Positions 8,913 through 17,615 of a stretch of 40,284 nucleotides of DNA are shown here, piece after piece. The notes beneath the pieces are model-generated. The model saw only the letters and a program-made list of their open reading frames with translations, did no database searches and was not told the origin of the DNA. Both the position numbers and the translations under genes were made by a program. This DNA comes from Oligoflexia bacterium (GTDB lineage: Bacteria > Bdellovibrionota > Bdellovibrionia > Bdellovibrionales > UBA1609), in contig JAPPIY010000122.1 in NCBI GenBank assembly GCA_026914095.1, positions 1 to 40,284 of the forward strand, in the 5' to 3' direction. Each line of letters begins with the position of its first letter. Positions within the stretch are counted from its first letter, which is position 1.

Positions 8913-9153
8913 GCCTGTTATTTAACGGAAAAAACCTTTTAATAAAAGATTATTTTTCAAAAGTGAAAATTTTAGATTTTTTATCGCTTTTGTTTGGAAT
9001 TGACAACTTTTTCTGTCTCGTTTTTAAGCGGGTTTTAATGGAAAAAACAGCATTTGCCTGTTTGATGATCCCATCCTTGCGTCTTTAATTGACAAAAGGC
9101 TCCTTTAACTTATTTTACAGATTAGATTTTTTTATAGGTAGAAAAAGATTTCT

Positions 9154-9600
9154 TTATCTTTTCAAGGCTCTTTCCATTTCTCTTTCTGCCTGCTTTTTTT
9201 TAAGACTCTGCCTTTTGTCATATCGGCTTTTGCCTAAAGCAAGGGCAATCTCCAGCTTGGCCCGGCTCTTTTGAAAGTAAATTTTAGTGGGGACACAGCT
9301 CATTTTTTTTTGCTCTATAAGCCCTCTTATTCTTTTAAGCTCCGCTTTATTTAAGAGCAGTTTTCTTTTTCTTTCCGGTTCATGCCCGCCCCCGCGAGCC
9401 TTTTTATAGGGGCTGATGTGGGCTTTTTGTAAAAAAGCCTCTTCTTTTATGAAGGAAATGTAAGAGTCTTTGAGCTGACAAGCTCCTTTTCTAAGAGATT
9501 TCACTTCACTTCCCAACAAGACCAGCCCTGCTTGAAATTTTTCTTTCAGCTCATATTGAAAAGAGGCTTTTTTATTTAAAGCAACCACTTGAATAGACAT
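9154..9600 (-). CDS. smpB: SsrA-binding protein
   Basis: NKKASFQYELKEKFQAGLVLLGSEVKSLR and a basic C-terminal tail typical of SmpB. Confidence 0.93.
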   Translation of the reverse strand: MSIQVVALNKKASFQYELKEKFQAGLVLLGSEVKSLRKGACQLKDSYISFIKEEAFLQKAHISPYKKARGGGHEPERKRKLLLNKAELKRIRGLIEQKKMSCVPTKIYFQKSRAKLEIALALGKSRYDKRQSLKKKQAEREMERALKR

Positions 9601-9718
9601 AAATCAACGGATCCCGTTATTTGTTTATTAACAGAATAAACATTTATCCCTTAAATCCGAAATCAAGTCAAAAAGAGTCAGCTTGAATCCCACAGCCGAA
9701 AAGCCGGTCCGATTTCTC

Positions 9719-9760
9719 AGGAATGACTGTCGTCCTGAAATTTCAAATCCGGTTCGTATA
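9719..9760. repeat. MITE right-end fragment
   Basis: AGGAATGACTGTCGTCCTGAAATTTCAAATCCGGTTCGTA|TA matches the core edge plus right terminus of the 6766-6881 copy. Confidence 0.65.
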
Positions 9761-9851
9761 ATTTTAATAGACGGGAGCTTTTTCAGCGCCGGCTAGGTTC
9801 AAGGTTTTGGGTTTAAGGGATTTCATTTCTCAACTAAAAAACACAAAAACC

Positions 9852-9876
9852 CTCAATTTTAAATAGGATCCGTATA
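9852..9876. repeat. MITE right-terminus fragment
   Basis: CTCAATTTTAAATAGGATCCGTA|TA resembles the right terminus only. Confidence 0.45.
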
Positions 9877-9969
9877 AAAAGCTTTGAGGAAAAAGGGCAG
9901 GATAGGAAAAATTTTAAGTTTTTGGCTTAAAAGCCGATAAGATTAACAACTTTAGAAAAAAACTAGGAG

Positions 9970-10602
9970 TTGAAATTGAGTTTAGTCCCTATTGTTATTG
10001 AGCAAACCCCTCGTGGAGAAAGAAGCTATGACATTTACTCCCGCCTTTTAAAAGACCGAATTGTTATGCTTGGCACTGCTGTTGATGACAATGTTGCCAA
10101 CAGTGTCATTGCTCAGATGTTTTTTTTGGAAATGCAGGATTCTTCTCAAGATATTCATCTTTATATTAACTCCCCAGGAGGCTCAGTGCATGCCGGCTTG
10201 GCGATTTATGACATTATACAATTTGTTCGGCCTGATGTGGCGACTTACTGCATTGGTTTGGCGGCCAGTATGGGCTCTCTGCTTTTAAGCGCGGGGGCTA
10301 AAAATAAACGCTATATACTGCCCAATGCGCGTGTGATGGTGCATCAGCCTTTGATTGCTGGCTCTGGAATTTCTGGACAGGTGAGTGATATTGAAATCCA
10401 AGCCAAAGAAATGTCTTATACAAAGAATCAGCTCACTCAAATTTACTCTAAACACACCGGCTTGGATAAAGAGGCTCTGACAAAAATGATGGATAGGGAT
10501 CGTTATATGGGCGCTAAAGAGGCGCGGGAATTTTCTTTAGTGGATCACATTGTGGAAAACAGAAAAAATAAAGCAAAGGGTCATCAAAAAAATAAAGTTT
10601 AA
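9970..10602 (+). CDS. clpP: ATP-dependent Clp protease proteolytic subunit
   Basis: VPIVIEQTPRGERSYDIYSRLL. Catalytic Ser in GLAASMGS, His in MVHQP, Asp in DRDRYM. The TTG at 9970 follows AGGAG directly, so the true start may be the TTG at 9976. Confidence 0.93.
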   Translation: MKLSLVPIVIEQTPRGERSYDIYSRLLKDRIVMLGTAVDDNVANSVIAQMFFLEMQDSSQDIHLYINSPGGSVHAGLAIYDIIQFVRPDVATYCIGLAASMGSLLLSAGAKNKRYILPNARVMVHQPLIAGSGISGQVSDIEIQAKEMSYTKNQLTQIYSKHTGLDKEALTKMMDRDRYMGAKEAREFSLVDHIVENRKNKAKGHQKNKV

Positions 10603-10671
10603 CTCAGTGGGATTGTTTTGATTTATAAGAAGAAGGAATGATAGTTTGACTAACACTTTAAGGAGATAGCT

Positions 10672-11928
10672 ATGGCAGTTAACAATTGCAGTTTTTGCGG
10701 CAAGAATCAAAAGGAAGTTTCTAAGCTGATTTCAGGCCCTCAGGTCTATATTTGCAACGAGTGCATTGATCTGTGTAATGAGATTTTAACGGAAGAAAAT
10801 AAAAAAGAGGCCTTCACAGACAGCAAGAAGCTTAAGGTATCAACCCCAGCGGAGATTAAAGCCAGTTTAGATGAATATATCATTGGTCAGGACAAGGCTA
10901 AAAAGTCAATGGCCGTGGCGGTTCATAACCATTACAAAAGGATCAATATGTCCTCTCAAATACAAAAGGATGGCGTGGAGCTGGCAAAAAGCAATCTTTT
11001 GCTTATTGGCCCGACAGGCTCAGGAAAAACTTTATTGGCTCAAACCATCGCCCGAATTTTAGATGTGCCTTTTTCGGTTGCCGACGCCACCACTTTAACA
11101 GAAGCGGGTTATGTGGGAGAAGATGTTGAGAATGTCGTTTTGGGTCTTCTTCAATCGGCGGATTACGATGTGAAAAAAGCGGAAAGAGGTGTTATTTATA
11201 TTGATGAGATTGATAAGATCACCCGCAAGGGAGAAAATGTCTCTATTACAAGAGATGTGAGTGGTGAGGGGGTTCAGCAGGCTCTCTTAAAAATTTTAGA
11301 AGGCTCTATTGCCAATGTTCCTCCTAAAGGAGGGCGAAAACACCCTCAACAAGAGTTTATTCCTGTTAATACTTCCAATATTTTGTTTATTGTGGGCGGC
11401 GCTTTTGTGGGCTTGGAGAAAATTGTTCAAAATCGCATTTCCAGCCGATCTCTTGGCTTTTCTGCTGAGGTGGAGACTCCGGAGGAAATGGATAGAATGG
11501 AAATTCTGTCTAAGTTAGAGCCGGCGGACTTAATACAATACGGCTTGATTCCAGAGTTTATCGGTCGTTTGCCGGGGGTTTCTATTTTAGATTCTTTGGA
11601 TAAACAAGCTCTCATTAAAATTTTAACAGAGCCTAAAAATGCTTTGATCAAACAGTATCAAAAGCTATTTGGCTATAATGGGGTTGAATTAGAGTTTGAA
11701 GATTTGGCTATTGAGCAAGTGGCTGAAATGGCTCTTTTAAATAAAACAGGCGCCAGAGGTTTGAGAAAAGTTTTAGAGGACAGTATGTTGGAAATCATGT
11801 ATGATGTTCCCTCTAAAGAGAATATAAAGACCTGTTTAATCACTAAAGAGGTGATTCAAAAAACAGGCCTGCCAAAATACAATTATAGAAATAAGAAAAA
11901 ATCTAAGACGCAAAAAGCCATTGCTTAA
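10672..11928 (+). CDS. clpX: ATP-dependent Clp protease ATP-binding subunit
   Basis: N-terminal zinc-binding CSFCGK...CNEC, Walker A GPTGSGKT, Walker B IYIDEIDK, and the IGF-type loop region. AGGAG lies upstream of the ATG. Confidence 0.96.
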   Translation: MAVNNCSFCGKNQKEVSKLISGPQVYICNECIDLCNEILTEENKKEAFTDSKKLKVSTPAEIKASLDEYIIGQDKAKKSMAVAVHNHYKRINMSSQIQKDGVELAKSNLLLIGPTGSGKTLLAQTIARILDVPFSVADATTLTEAGYVGEDVENVVLGLLQSADYDVKKAERGVIYIDEIDKITRKGENVSITRDVSGEGVQQALLKILEGSIANVPPKGGRKHPQQEFIPVNTSNILFIVGGAFVGLEKIVQNRISSRSLGFSAEVETPEEMDRMEILSKLEPADLIQYGLIPEFIGRLPGVSILDSLDKQALIKILTEPKNALIKQYQKLFGYNGVELEFEDLAIEQVAEMALLNKTGARGLRKVLEDSMLEIMYDVPSKENIKTCLITKEVIQKTGLPKYNYRNKKKSKTQKAIA

Positions 11929-12428
11929 AGCCGGCTTAAATTTTTTTGCCCCAATTGGATGAGGAGTCTTAGAGCCTCCTCCTCGCTTTGAATGTTTAAC
12001 TCTTTTTTTGCTCGCTCCAAGGCTTGCAGGCTTTTCTCATCTAAAACAAAAGTTTTTGTCTCTAAAAAAGGACGGGTGTTTTTTTGAATGGGAGCTGTAA
12101 CAGCTTTAGCGGAGGGCGATTTGTTGAAATCCGTTGAAACAGCTCCCGTGTCTTGGCTTAAAAATTCCTGCAATTCCTTTTGAAAAGAAGATTCTTCCTC
12201 TTCTTTTTTTTGAGATTTTAAATACATTTGGACGGCAATATTGCTGTCTTTGATATGTTGAGGCCAGTTGTGATCTTGTTTGTCCAGCCAATGAAGGGCT
12301 TTTTTAAGGGTATTTTCTGAATAGCTTTTATGGAAAGGCATAAAAAGCAATGTAAGGCTTTTGTAAAAATCATCAAAAGATTTTTTTAAAAAAAAGATTT
12401 GCACTTTTTTATCCACAAGCTTACTCAT
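11925..12428 (-). CDS. Hypothetical protein (about 167 aa)
   Basis: ORF convergent with clpX, overlapping its stop by 4 nt. The ATG at 12428 (MSKLVDKK) is preferred over the TTG at 12434. No motif recognised. Confidence 0.45.
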   Translation of the reverse strand: MSKLVDKKVQIFFLKKSFDDFYKSLTLLFMPFHKSYSENTLKKALHWLDKQDHNWPQHIKDSNIAVQMYLKSQKKEEEESSFQKELQEFLSQDTGAVSTDFNKSPSAKAVTAPIQKNTRPFLETKTFVLDEKSLQALERAKKELNIQSEEEALRLLIQLGQKNLSRL

Positions 12429-12463
12429 TGACAAGACAAGTTAAACTGTAAGAGAGTTGATTT

Positions 12464-12739
12464 ATGAACTGGAATGAGTTATCCGCCTTGAGAATTTCTG
12501 AGCTGGTTGTCCGACGGCTTTTGGAAGACTCTCGCATTCAGTTGAATGAGGAGGAGGAAGCCATCCGCAAAGAGGTTGAATCCGAGGTTCAAGAGAGCTT
12601 TAATCAAGAAAGACAGTTGATAGAAGAAGTCTATCAGATGATGGAAGATTTAGAAAAACAGGGGCAGAGCTTTGACCGTCAAAAAATCTTTCCCCTATTA
12701 AAAAGCCAACTGGCTAAAAAGAAAGGGATTGTGTTATAA
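12464..12739 (+). CDS. Small helical protein, DUF507-like, paralog of 12984..13271
   Basis: 91 aa. Aligns by eye with the downstream 95-aa ORF (N-terminal helix, acidic middle, basic C-terminus). The family call is from memory of DUF507-type sequences. Confidence 0.5.
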   Translation: MNWNELSALRISELVVRRLLEDSRIQLNEEEEAIRKEVESEVQESFNQERQLIEEVYQMMEDLEKQGQSFDRQKIFPLLKSQLAKKKGIVL

Positions 12740-12748
12740 ACACTGTGG

Positions 12749-12958
12749 AAACATTAAGTTTAAAAGTTAAAGAATTAAAGCTAAAAAACTCAGACATGCG
12801 TTTTGCCACAAAGCGTCTGTTCCTTACAAGTTTTATTCATAAGATGTTCCTTGAATTTTTCAAATCATATTTACACTTAAAGAACCTTGGCAGACGCATT
12901 GTGGTCAAATCCGAACTCGTTTTTAGCTTTAATTCTTTAACTTTTAAACTTAATGTTT
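12749..12958. repeat. Long-hairpin element with 39-bp perfect terminal inverted repeats (type B)
   Basis: AAACATTAAGTTTAAAAGTTAAAGAATTAAAGCTAAAAA (12749-12787) is the exact reverse complement of 12920-12958. Inner inverted pair GCGTTTTGCCACAAAGCGTCTG / CAGACGCATTGTGGTCAAA. Confidence 0.9.
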
Positions 12959-12983
12959 TTTTTGTATTTAAAGGAATGCAATT

Positions 12984-13271
12984 ATGAAACTTTCAGCGGA
13001 CAGACAAAGCTATCTCTCTCATAAGCTGGCCGATCGCCTATCGGAGAAAAACTTGGTTTCAGCTCCCTCTAAAGAGGTTTTATTTGAGCAGGTTAAATCC
13101 GCGGTCCATTTTTTTGTTCAAGAGTGGGAGGAAATGGAGCGGGAGGTTTTAAAAAAGATTGAATCCATTAAAAGAGGAATCCGCCCCGGCTCTTCCGAGT
13201 GGGATGTCTTATACAACCGTTTTTTAGAGGAAAGCTTTAGAAAAAAATCCCGTCTTTTTGTAAAAAAATAA
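12984..13271 (+). CDS. Small helical protein, DUF507-like
   Basis: 95 aa. The segment PGSSEWDVLYNRFLEESFRKK resembles the conserved C-terminal part of DUF507-family proteins as I recall them. Confidence 0.5.
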   Translation: MKLSADRQSYLSHKLADRLSEKNLVSAPSKEVLFEQVKSAVHFFVQEWEEMEREVLKKIESIKRGIRPGSSEWDVLYNRFLEESFRKKSRLFVKK

Positions 13272-13425
13272 AGTTTTGTCTCTTTGAAGTTTTTATGATC
13301 TATGAAATTTTTAAAAAATAATTTCAGATGCAAACTTGTTATAGAGTCGATCTTCAGTCATGCTAAGCTCCACTCGTATTGGTTTTAGGACTTTATACTT
13401 GCAGATTTTTATAACTTTATTGGGT

Positions 13426-13791
13426 TAAATACGCTCAAACTCTACAACAGTTCTGACTGTTGAACCGCAGATTTCATTATTATTTTTGGGATTCATGTAA
13501 AACAAAGCTTTATCACCCTGCGCTTTTTCCTACTGGCGAACTCAGGAAAAGACGGCTAATAAAGTTATTATTTTGGGAATTATATACATGACTCCTCAAA
13601 AAACTTTATTTTTAGCTTTAACTATTGAAAAACACTCTTTTTTTTCAAAGGAAACTTCAGATTTTCAAGTAAACTTCTGTCGGATAAAGGCAAGCTCTAA
13701 AGGCAGGATGCCCCTTTATTAAAAAGTGGAATCTTCCTTTGCAAAATCATAAGTTTTGACTCATTAGGTATATAATTCCCATTATTTTCAT
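13426..13791 (-). pseudogene. Decayed tandem paralog of the 13944..14477 gene
   Basis: The 3' remnant translates to ...AQGDKALFYMNPKNNNEICGSTVRTVVEFERI*, versus LLGDKLFFYSSSPDEGIYGFNCDSTARLIIEFDRI* in the live gene. The 5' remnant keeps AAGGAGA plus the ATG at 13791. The middle is lost and replaced by a TIR-bounded insert. An in-frame TAG lies upstream of the 3' remnant. Confidence 0.7.
13575..13780. repeat. About 206-bp insert with 13-bp perfect terminal inverted repeats (type C) inside the pseudogene
   Basis: GGGAATTATATAC at 13575-13587 and its exact complement GTATATAATTCCC at 13768-13780. Related GGRAWTATRTATTTA strings occur at 78-93, 1221-1236 and 33747-33764. Confidence 0.55.
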
Positions 13792-13943
13792 ACTATTCTC
13801 CTTTGTTGCTTGCTGTTATTTGTCAGCTGTTATTTGGAAAAAGTTTATATGAGATAAAAATAGCTGGATTCAAGTATGAATTTTAACGCAACACAATAGA
13901 GCGCAATCGACTCTGAAATTTTGTGGAGATTTATTGGAATTTG

Positions 13944-14477
13944 CTAAATACGGTCAAATTCTATAATAAGTCTTGCTGTTGAATCACAGTTGAAACCATA
14001 GATTCCCTCATCAGGAGACGATGAATAAAAGAAAAGCTTATCGCCAAGCAGTTTAAACTCTTGATCACGAAAAATCTTTACATTTTTTTTAAACCCGTCT
14101 TTTAAGGTGGATTCTATTTCTTGATTGTCTCCTTCGCAATCAGCCTCTACGATAGAGGTTTCTTTTAGCCGAGAGAGTATTTGATCTGATACAGTATAAG
14201 AAATCGTGTGTTTAAAAGAGCAAGTTATCACGCCTGTTTCTGTTGGAATTGGCAACAAGCTTAAAGAATCTATTAGAGTCCCATCGGTTTGGAAATGGCG
14301 ACTGGCCTCTATAGACACCGCGCGCTGAATTTTAGCCTTTTCCTCTTCAGACAGTGTTCTGTTATCTTCACATTTCGCGCCGACCATCTTCCATGTTCCG
14401 AAGATGCTGTCCTCTGAAGATACGGCTGAGTGTCCATAAAAAATAGACGCGCCCAGTAAAACTGTTATTGCTTTCAT
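13944..14477 (-). CDS. Secreted hypothetical protein (177 aa)
   Basis: AAGGAGA precedes the ATG at 14477. Signal-like MKAITVLLGASIFYGHSAVS. Four cysteines. No motif recognised. Confidence 0.65.
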   Translation of the reverse strand: MKAITVLLGASIFYGHSAVSSEDSIFGTWKMVGAKCEDNRTLSEEEKAKIQRAVSIEASRHFQTDGTLIDSLSLLPIPTETGVITCSFKHTISYTVSDQILSRLKETSIVEADCEGDNQEIESTLKDGFKKNVKIFRDQEFKLLGDKLFFYSSSPDEGIYGFNCDSTARLIIEFDRI

Positions 14478-14537
14478 GACATTCTCCTTTGTTTATTTAT
14501 CCTCTTTTTGCAATTTTTTTGCAACTTTTTTTTGAAT

Positions 14538-14554
14538 TGTGAAAATTTTTCACA
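14538..14554. promoter_or_regulatory. 17-bp perfect palindrome TGTGAAAATTTTTCACA, candidate operator
   Basis: 8-bp arms around a single centre base, about 60-75 bp upstream of the 13944..14477 start. TGTGA/TCACA arms are reminiscent of Crp/Fnr-family half-sites, but the spacing is N7. Confidence 0.3.
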
Positions 14555-14621
14555 GCAGTTAAGGTAAAAAGCAACTGGAAGTCTGCTTTTTGGAAAAAAT
14601 TTAGATTCAAAAACTTATGGA

Positions 14622-14776
14622 TAGACTGATCCTATTTGAAAGTTCAAGTTATAACTGGACTCCCGCGAAAGCGGGAGTGACAAGAAGCTTTGATGTTCAT
14701 ACAGGAAAGGAAACGCTGGACTCCCGCTTTCGCGGGAGTGACAGACAAGAGGAAAATTCAAACAAGCTTCAGTCTA
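14622..14776. repeat. MITE-like element, full copy with two hairpin cores
   Basis: TA|GACTGATCCTATTTGAAAGTTC ... GGAAAATTCAAACAAGCTTCAGTC|TA. Cores GGACTCCCGCGAAAGCGGGAGTGAC (14657) and GGACTCCCGCTTTCGCGGGAGTGAC (14718) lie 61 bp apart. Confidence 0.85.
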
Positions 14777-14869
14777 AAAGCTCCCGTTTGCGTGGAAAAA
14801 CTGCCATTGATATATGGCAACATAGCTCAGCTTGACAAAAAAAAATAAGTTTTGCTAAGCTTTAAAAAG

Positions 14870-16048
14870 ATGAAGCCCTTTAAGATTCTTTTTTATTATT
14901 TTCTGTTTCTCTCTTATTCCTCTTGGGCTGTCAGTTTTGACTGGTCTGGCTGGGCTAGGCTGGATTCTTACTATCAGCATGAGGGCAATTATTATGGAAG
15001 CTTCCACTCGGTTTTAAATTCGGATATTTTCATTACAGACAGTTTGAGCTTTAAATCCCGTATCGATCTTTTTCCTTTTTTAAAAGAGAAAAGTTTGGCT
15101 GAAAACTATCTTCTTTTTGAAACTGCTTACAGGCAAACGGGTTTTGTTTTCTTGTATAAAGAGGAGGGAAAAAAAGCGCGATCAGAGCTTCCCTTGGTTT
15201 TCTTTCTTCCCACTCAATTTTATGTGGATTATCAACAGGAGTTTTTTAAAGTTCGCTTAGGGCGCGCGCCCTATCATTTTGGTTTGGGGACCACTTACTC
15301 AGCCACAAACAATCCTTTTGAGCATTGGATGAGTCTTTACAATCAACTGTCTGTTCTTATGGAATACCAGTCTATTTATATACAACCCGCTTTGCTTCAT
15401 GGTGGAGAGCCCTCGGCGGATTTAAAGCTTTTAGAAGGGGAATTGTCAGCTCTTCTTCAAGCGGGGATTCAGCAGGAAAACTGGAAGCTCTCCGCTTTGT
15501 ATCGGCATGCTTTTGAAAGGGACTCTTTGATAGAGCTGTTTGGAGAGTATAAAAAATGGAATTGGGATATAAGAGCCAGCTCTTCTTATGTTTTTAAACC
15601 AGGAGTTCATTTTTCTTTAGCTTTAGAGGGCAAAATGAAATTGCCGTCTCAGATTCCCATTCAGCTGGAATTGAAGACGGGGGGAGTTAGCGGAGATCTG
15701 GCCTTTCACCCTAATTATGATATGGCTCTTTTGTTTTGGAACCGCTGGATGAGCGGTAAAGAGCTTTCTGCTGGAAACTATCCCTATCAAATTGCCAGTG
15801 GGCAAGTTCAAAAAGGAATTTATTTTTCTCCCAGAGCTGTTTTTTCTTTTTTAGACGAAACTTTGCGGATCCAGCCCCTGCTTCTACTAGCGGGAAGTTT
15901 GGAAGATAAAAAACTCAATTATGAAATGGATTTAAAAGCGGAGTATCAATTAGATGAAAATTTGTTTTTTTCTTTAACAGCCGGAGCTTTATACAGCTAT
16001 GAAAAACTTTATTTGTCTCTATTAGCGCAGACCGCCGCCAGCTTCTGA
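14870..16048 (+). CDS. Outer-membrane beta-barrel (porin-like) protein
   Basis: Signal-like MKPFKILFYYFLFLSYSSWA, alternating aromatic/hydrophilic pattern, and C-terminal ...AQTAASF with terminal Phe. Start taken at the ATG at 14870 rather than the TTG at 14852. Confidence 0.65.
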   Translation: MKPFKILFYYFLFLSYSSWAVSFDWSGWARLDSYYQHEGNYYGSFHSVLNSDIFITDSLSFKSRIDLFPFLKEKSLAENYLLFETAYRQTGFVFLYKEEGKKARSELPLVFFLPTQFYVDYQQEFFKVRLGRAPYHFGLGTTYSATNNPFEHWMSLYNQLSVLMEYQSIYIQPALLHGGEPSADLKLLEGELSALLQAGIQQENWKLSALYRHAFERDSLIELFGEYKKWNWDIRASSSYVFKPGVHFSLALEGKMKLPSQIPIQLELKTGGVSGDLAFHPNYDMALLFWNRWMSGKELSAGNYPYQIASGQVQKGIYFSPRAVFSFLDETLRIQPLLLLAGSLEDKKLNYEMDLKAEYQLDENLFFSLTAGALYSYEKLYLSLLAQTAASF

Positions 16049-16119
16049 ATTCTTAGGGCATCATCTCAGAGCTTGCAACATGTTTTACATCTTGGGGGCG
16101 GCGGTCGGCGCTAATAGAG
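16017..16119. repeat. 23-bp inverted repeat (one mismatch) spanning both stop codons of convergent genes
   Basis: CTCTATTAGCGCAGACCGCCGCC (16017-16039, in the porin CDS) versus GGCGGCGGTCGGCGCTAATAGAG (16097-16119, the 3' UTR and last codons of the minus-strand gene). Confidence 0.75.
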
Positions 16120-17205
16120 CTTATCCACCTCTTTACTTACAGCCTCATAGTTAATTGAAGGGGCTGGTGGAATTTGAGTTGGAGTTTGAGGGAGGTTAGT
16201 AGCTTGTTGGTTTAATTGGGCCGACAGACCGTCAAGGCCTTTGTTCAGATAATAGATGTCTTGCCTCGCTTGTTTTTCTGTCATAAAGCCTGTCATAGAA
16301 TTGACATCAGAGGAGATCGCTCTTAGAAAATTCTGTTTTTCCTCTAAAGATTCCAAAATGTCAAAATCTTCTTTCCAGCGGAGGTAGCTCTCCAGCAAGC
16401 CGGCTGAAGATCTGACAGATAAAGAGTTGCGGTAAGGGTCTTTAAACTGGTCTAACAGACCGTCTTCTAAAAGATATTTATCTTCAGAAAGCGCCAGATG
16501 CCAAAGCTCTTTTTTGAGTTTGCTGTGATAAAAACTCTCGGCTTCTAAAGGGCTGTTTAAATTGGAGATTTGATTGAGGCGGCATTTGAGCTTGTCTTCT
16601 GTTTCTGTAAATTCTTCAAAGCTTTCTGCCTCTTCATTCCAAGCCCCCTCGCAGTTTCTCTCTTTGATTTGAACCAATCTTTTTTCCTTGTCTTTCTGAT
16701 TGTATTCTTCATAAGCTTTTTCTACAGAATCTTGGGCTTGATCATAAATGTCTTCGGCAACTGTTAAAACTTCTTTCATCAGCTCCGTTATGTCTTGAGT
16801 GGCCGAATCCTCCAGCTCTTTATCCTCAGCGCAATCCCCACAAAACCGGGCTTCAGTGATATGTTGTTTTGTATCTCTTAATTTTCCAGAAATTTCCTTG
16901 ATCTTGATTTTATCTTCCTCTTTAGAGACTTTAAAACGTGTTTTCAGGCTGTAAGAGACTCCTTTATGTTTTTTCTGTAGACTCACTGAGCAGATAAAGC
17001 TGTTCCGCTCTCCGTTTAAAATGGCTTTTAATTCTTTTTCACATTCTCTTTGAATTTTTCCTTTTAGGTCTTCAAGGCTTTCTGATACGGAAAAGAGATG
17101 GATTTGCTCTTGGCTGGAAAAGTAGCTGTTAAAAACCAAGCCTAAAACAGCCAGATTAAAGAAACTCAAAATCGCAATAAAAATTTTCTTTTTTAGCTTT
17201 TTCAT
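16111..17205 (-). CDS. Membrane-anchored acidic coiled-coil protein (about 364 aa)
   Basis: Start moved to the ATG at 17205 (MKKLKKKIFIAILSFFNLAVLGLVF, a single TM or signal anchor). The rest is charged and helical. No motif recognised. Confidence 0.6.
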   Translation of the reverse strand: MKKLKKKIFIAILSFFNLAVLGLVFNSYFSSQEQIHLFSVSESLEDLKGKIQRECEKELKAILNGERNSFICSVSLQKKHKGVSYSLKTRFKVSKEEDKIKIKEISGKLRDTKQHITEARFCGDCAEDKELEDSATQDITELMKEVLTVAEDIYDQAQDSVEKAYEEYNQKDKEKRLVQIKERNCEGAWNEEAESFEEFTETEDKLKCRLNQISNLNSPLEAESFYHSKLKKELWHLALSEDKYLLEDGLLDQFKDPYRNSLSVRSSAGLLESYLRWKEDFDILESLEEKQNFLRAISSDVNSMTGFMTEKQARQDIYYLNKGLDGLSAQLNQQATNLPQTPTQIPPAPSINYEAVSKEVDKLY

Positions 17206-17405
17206 AATAAAAGTATCGGAAAATGATAAAAAAATATAAAATTTTTTTATTAAATAAAGGAATGCTATACAACATAACTTCTCAAAAAGTTTTATCTTTA
17301 GCTTTTTGAGCCAACTTTGGCGGGACAAGGGCTGATCTAAAGGCGGGGTTTTCCCACCAAAAGCTGGAATTTTTGGGCATTATAGACATGATTTTGCGTA
17401 AAAAA

Positions 17406-17598
17406 GTGATTTTTGTTCAAAAGCCGGCCAATAAACTTGAAAATTCAGTCCTATGCTTTGCCACAAAGCCTGCCCTCGTGCAAAGAGAGGGCCGAACTTG
17501 TTTTGAGAATTTATTTGCCTGAACCTTCTTTTAAGCTGTTTTTTTGCAAATATTATTCCATTAAAATCGTAAATTCACAAAACCTTTCAATAGTTTAG
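17406..17598. repeat. Repeat cassette X downstream of mreB, paralogous to 27878-28172
   Basis: Shares GTGATTTTTGTTCAAAAGC...CTTG(C)AAA, a TTTGCCACAAAGC hairpin half, TGCAAATATTATTCC, and the tail AAATTCACAAAACCTTTCAATAGTTTAG (17571-17598). Confidence 0.75.
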
Positions 17599-17615
17599 AG
17601 CTTTCTCGGCGCTGA

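Noticed and set aside
8913-9969. I looked for a tmRNA (ssrA) gene next to smpB.
   Set aside because: I found no GGGGCTGA-type 5' end, no tRNA-like TTCGAATCC...CCACCA 3' end, and no tag-peptide reading frame by eye. A covariance-model scan would be needed to be certain.
12745-12987. 80-aa ORF between the DUF507-like genes.
   Set aside because: It coincides exactly with the 39-bp-TIR hairpin element, and its two halves are reverse complements of each other.
14617-14835. 72-aa ORF upstream of the porin-like gene.
   Set aside because: It is a translation of the MITE copy (the AKAGVT/RFRGSD peptides come from the hairpin cores).
17413-17598. The 61-aa ORF here and the 70-aa ORF 27960..28172 share CKYY and the C-terminus NSQ..SIV*, which suggested a conserved small protein.
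   Set aside because: The similarity is nucleotide-level within paralogous repeat cassettes. The N-terminal halves are unrelated, one copy is interrupted by the 76-bp mini-MITE, and neither has a convincing RBS.
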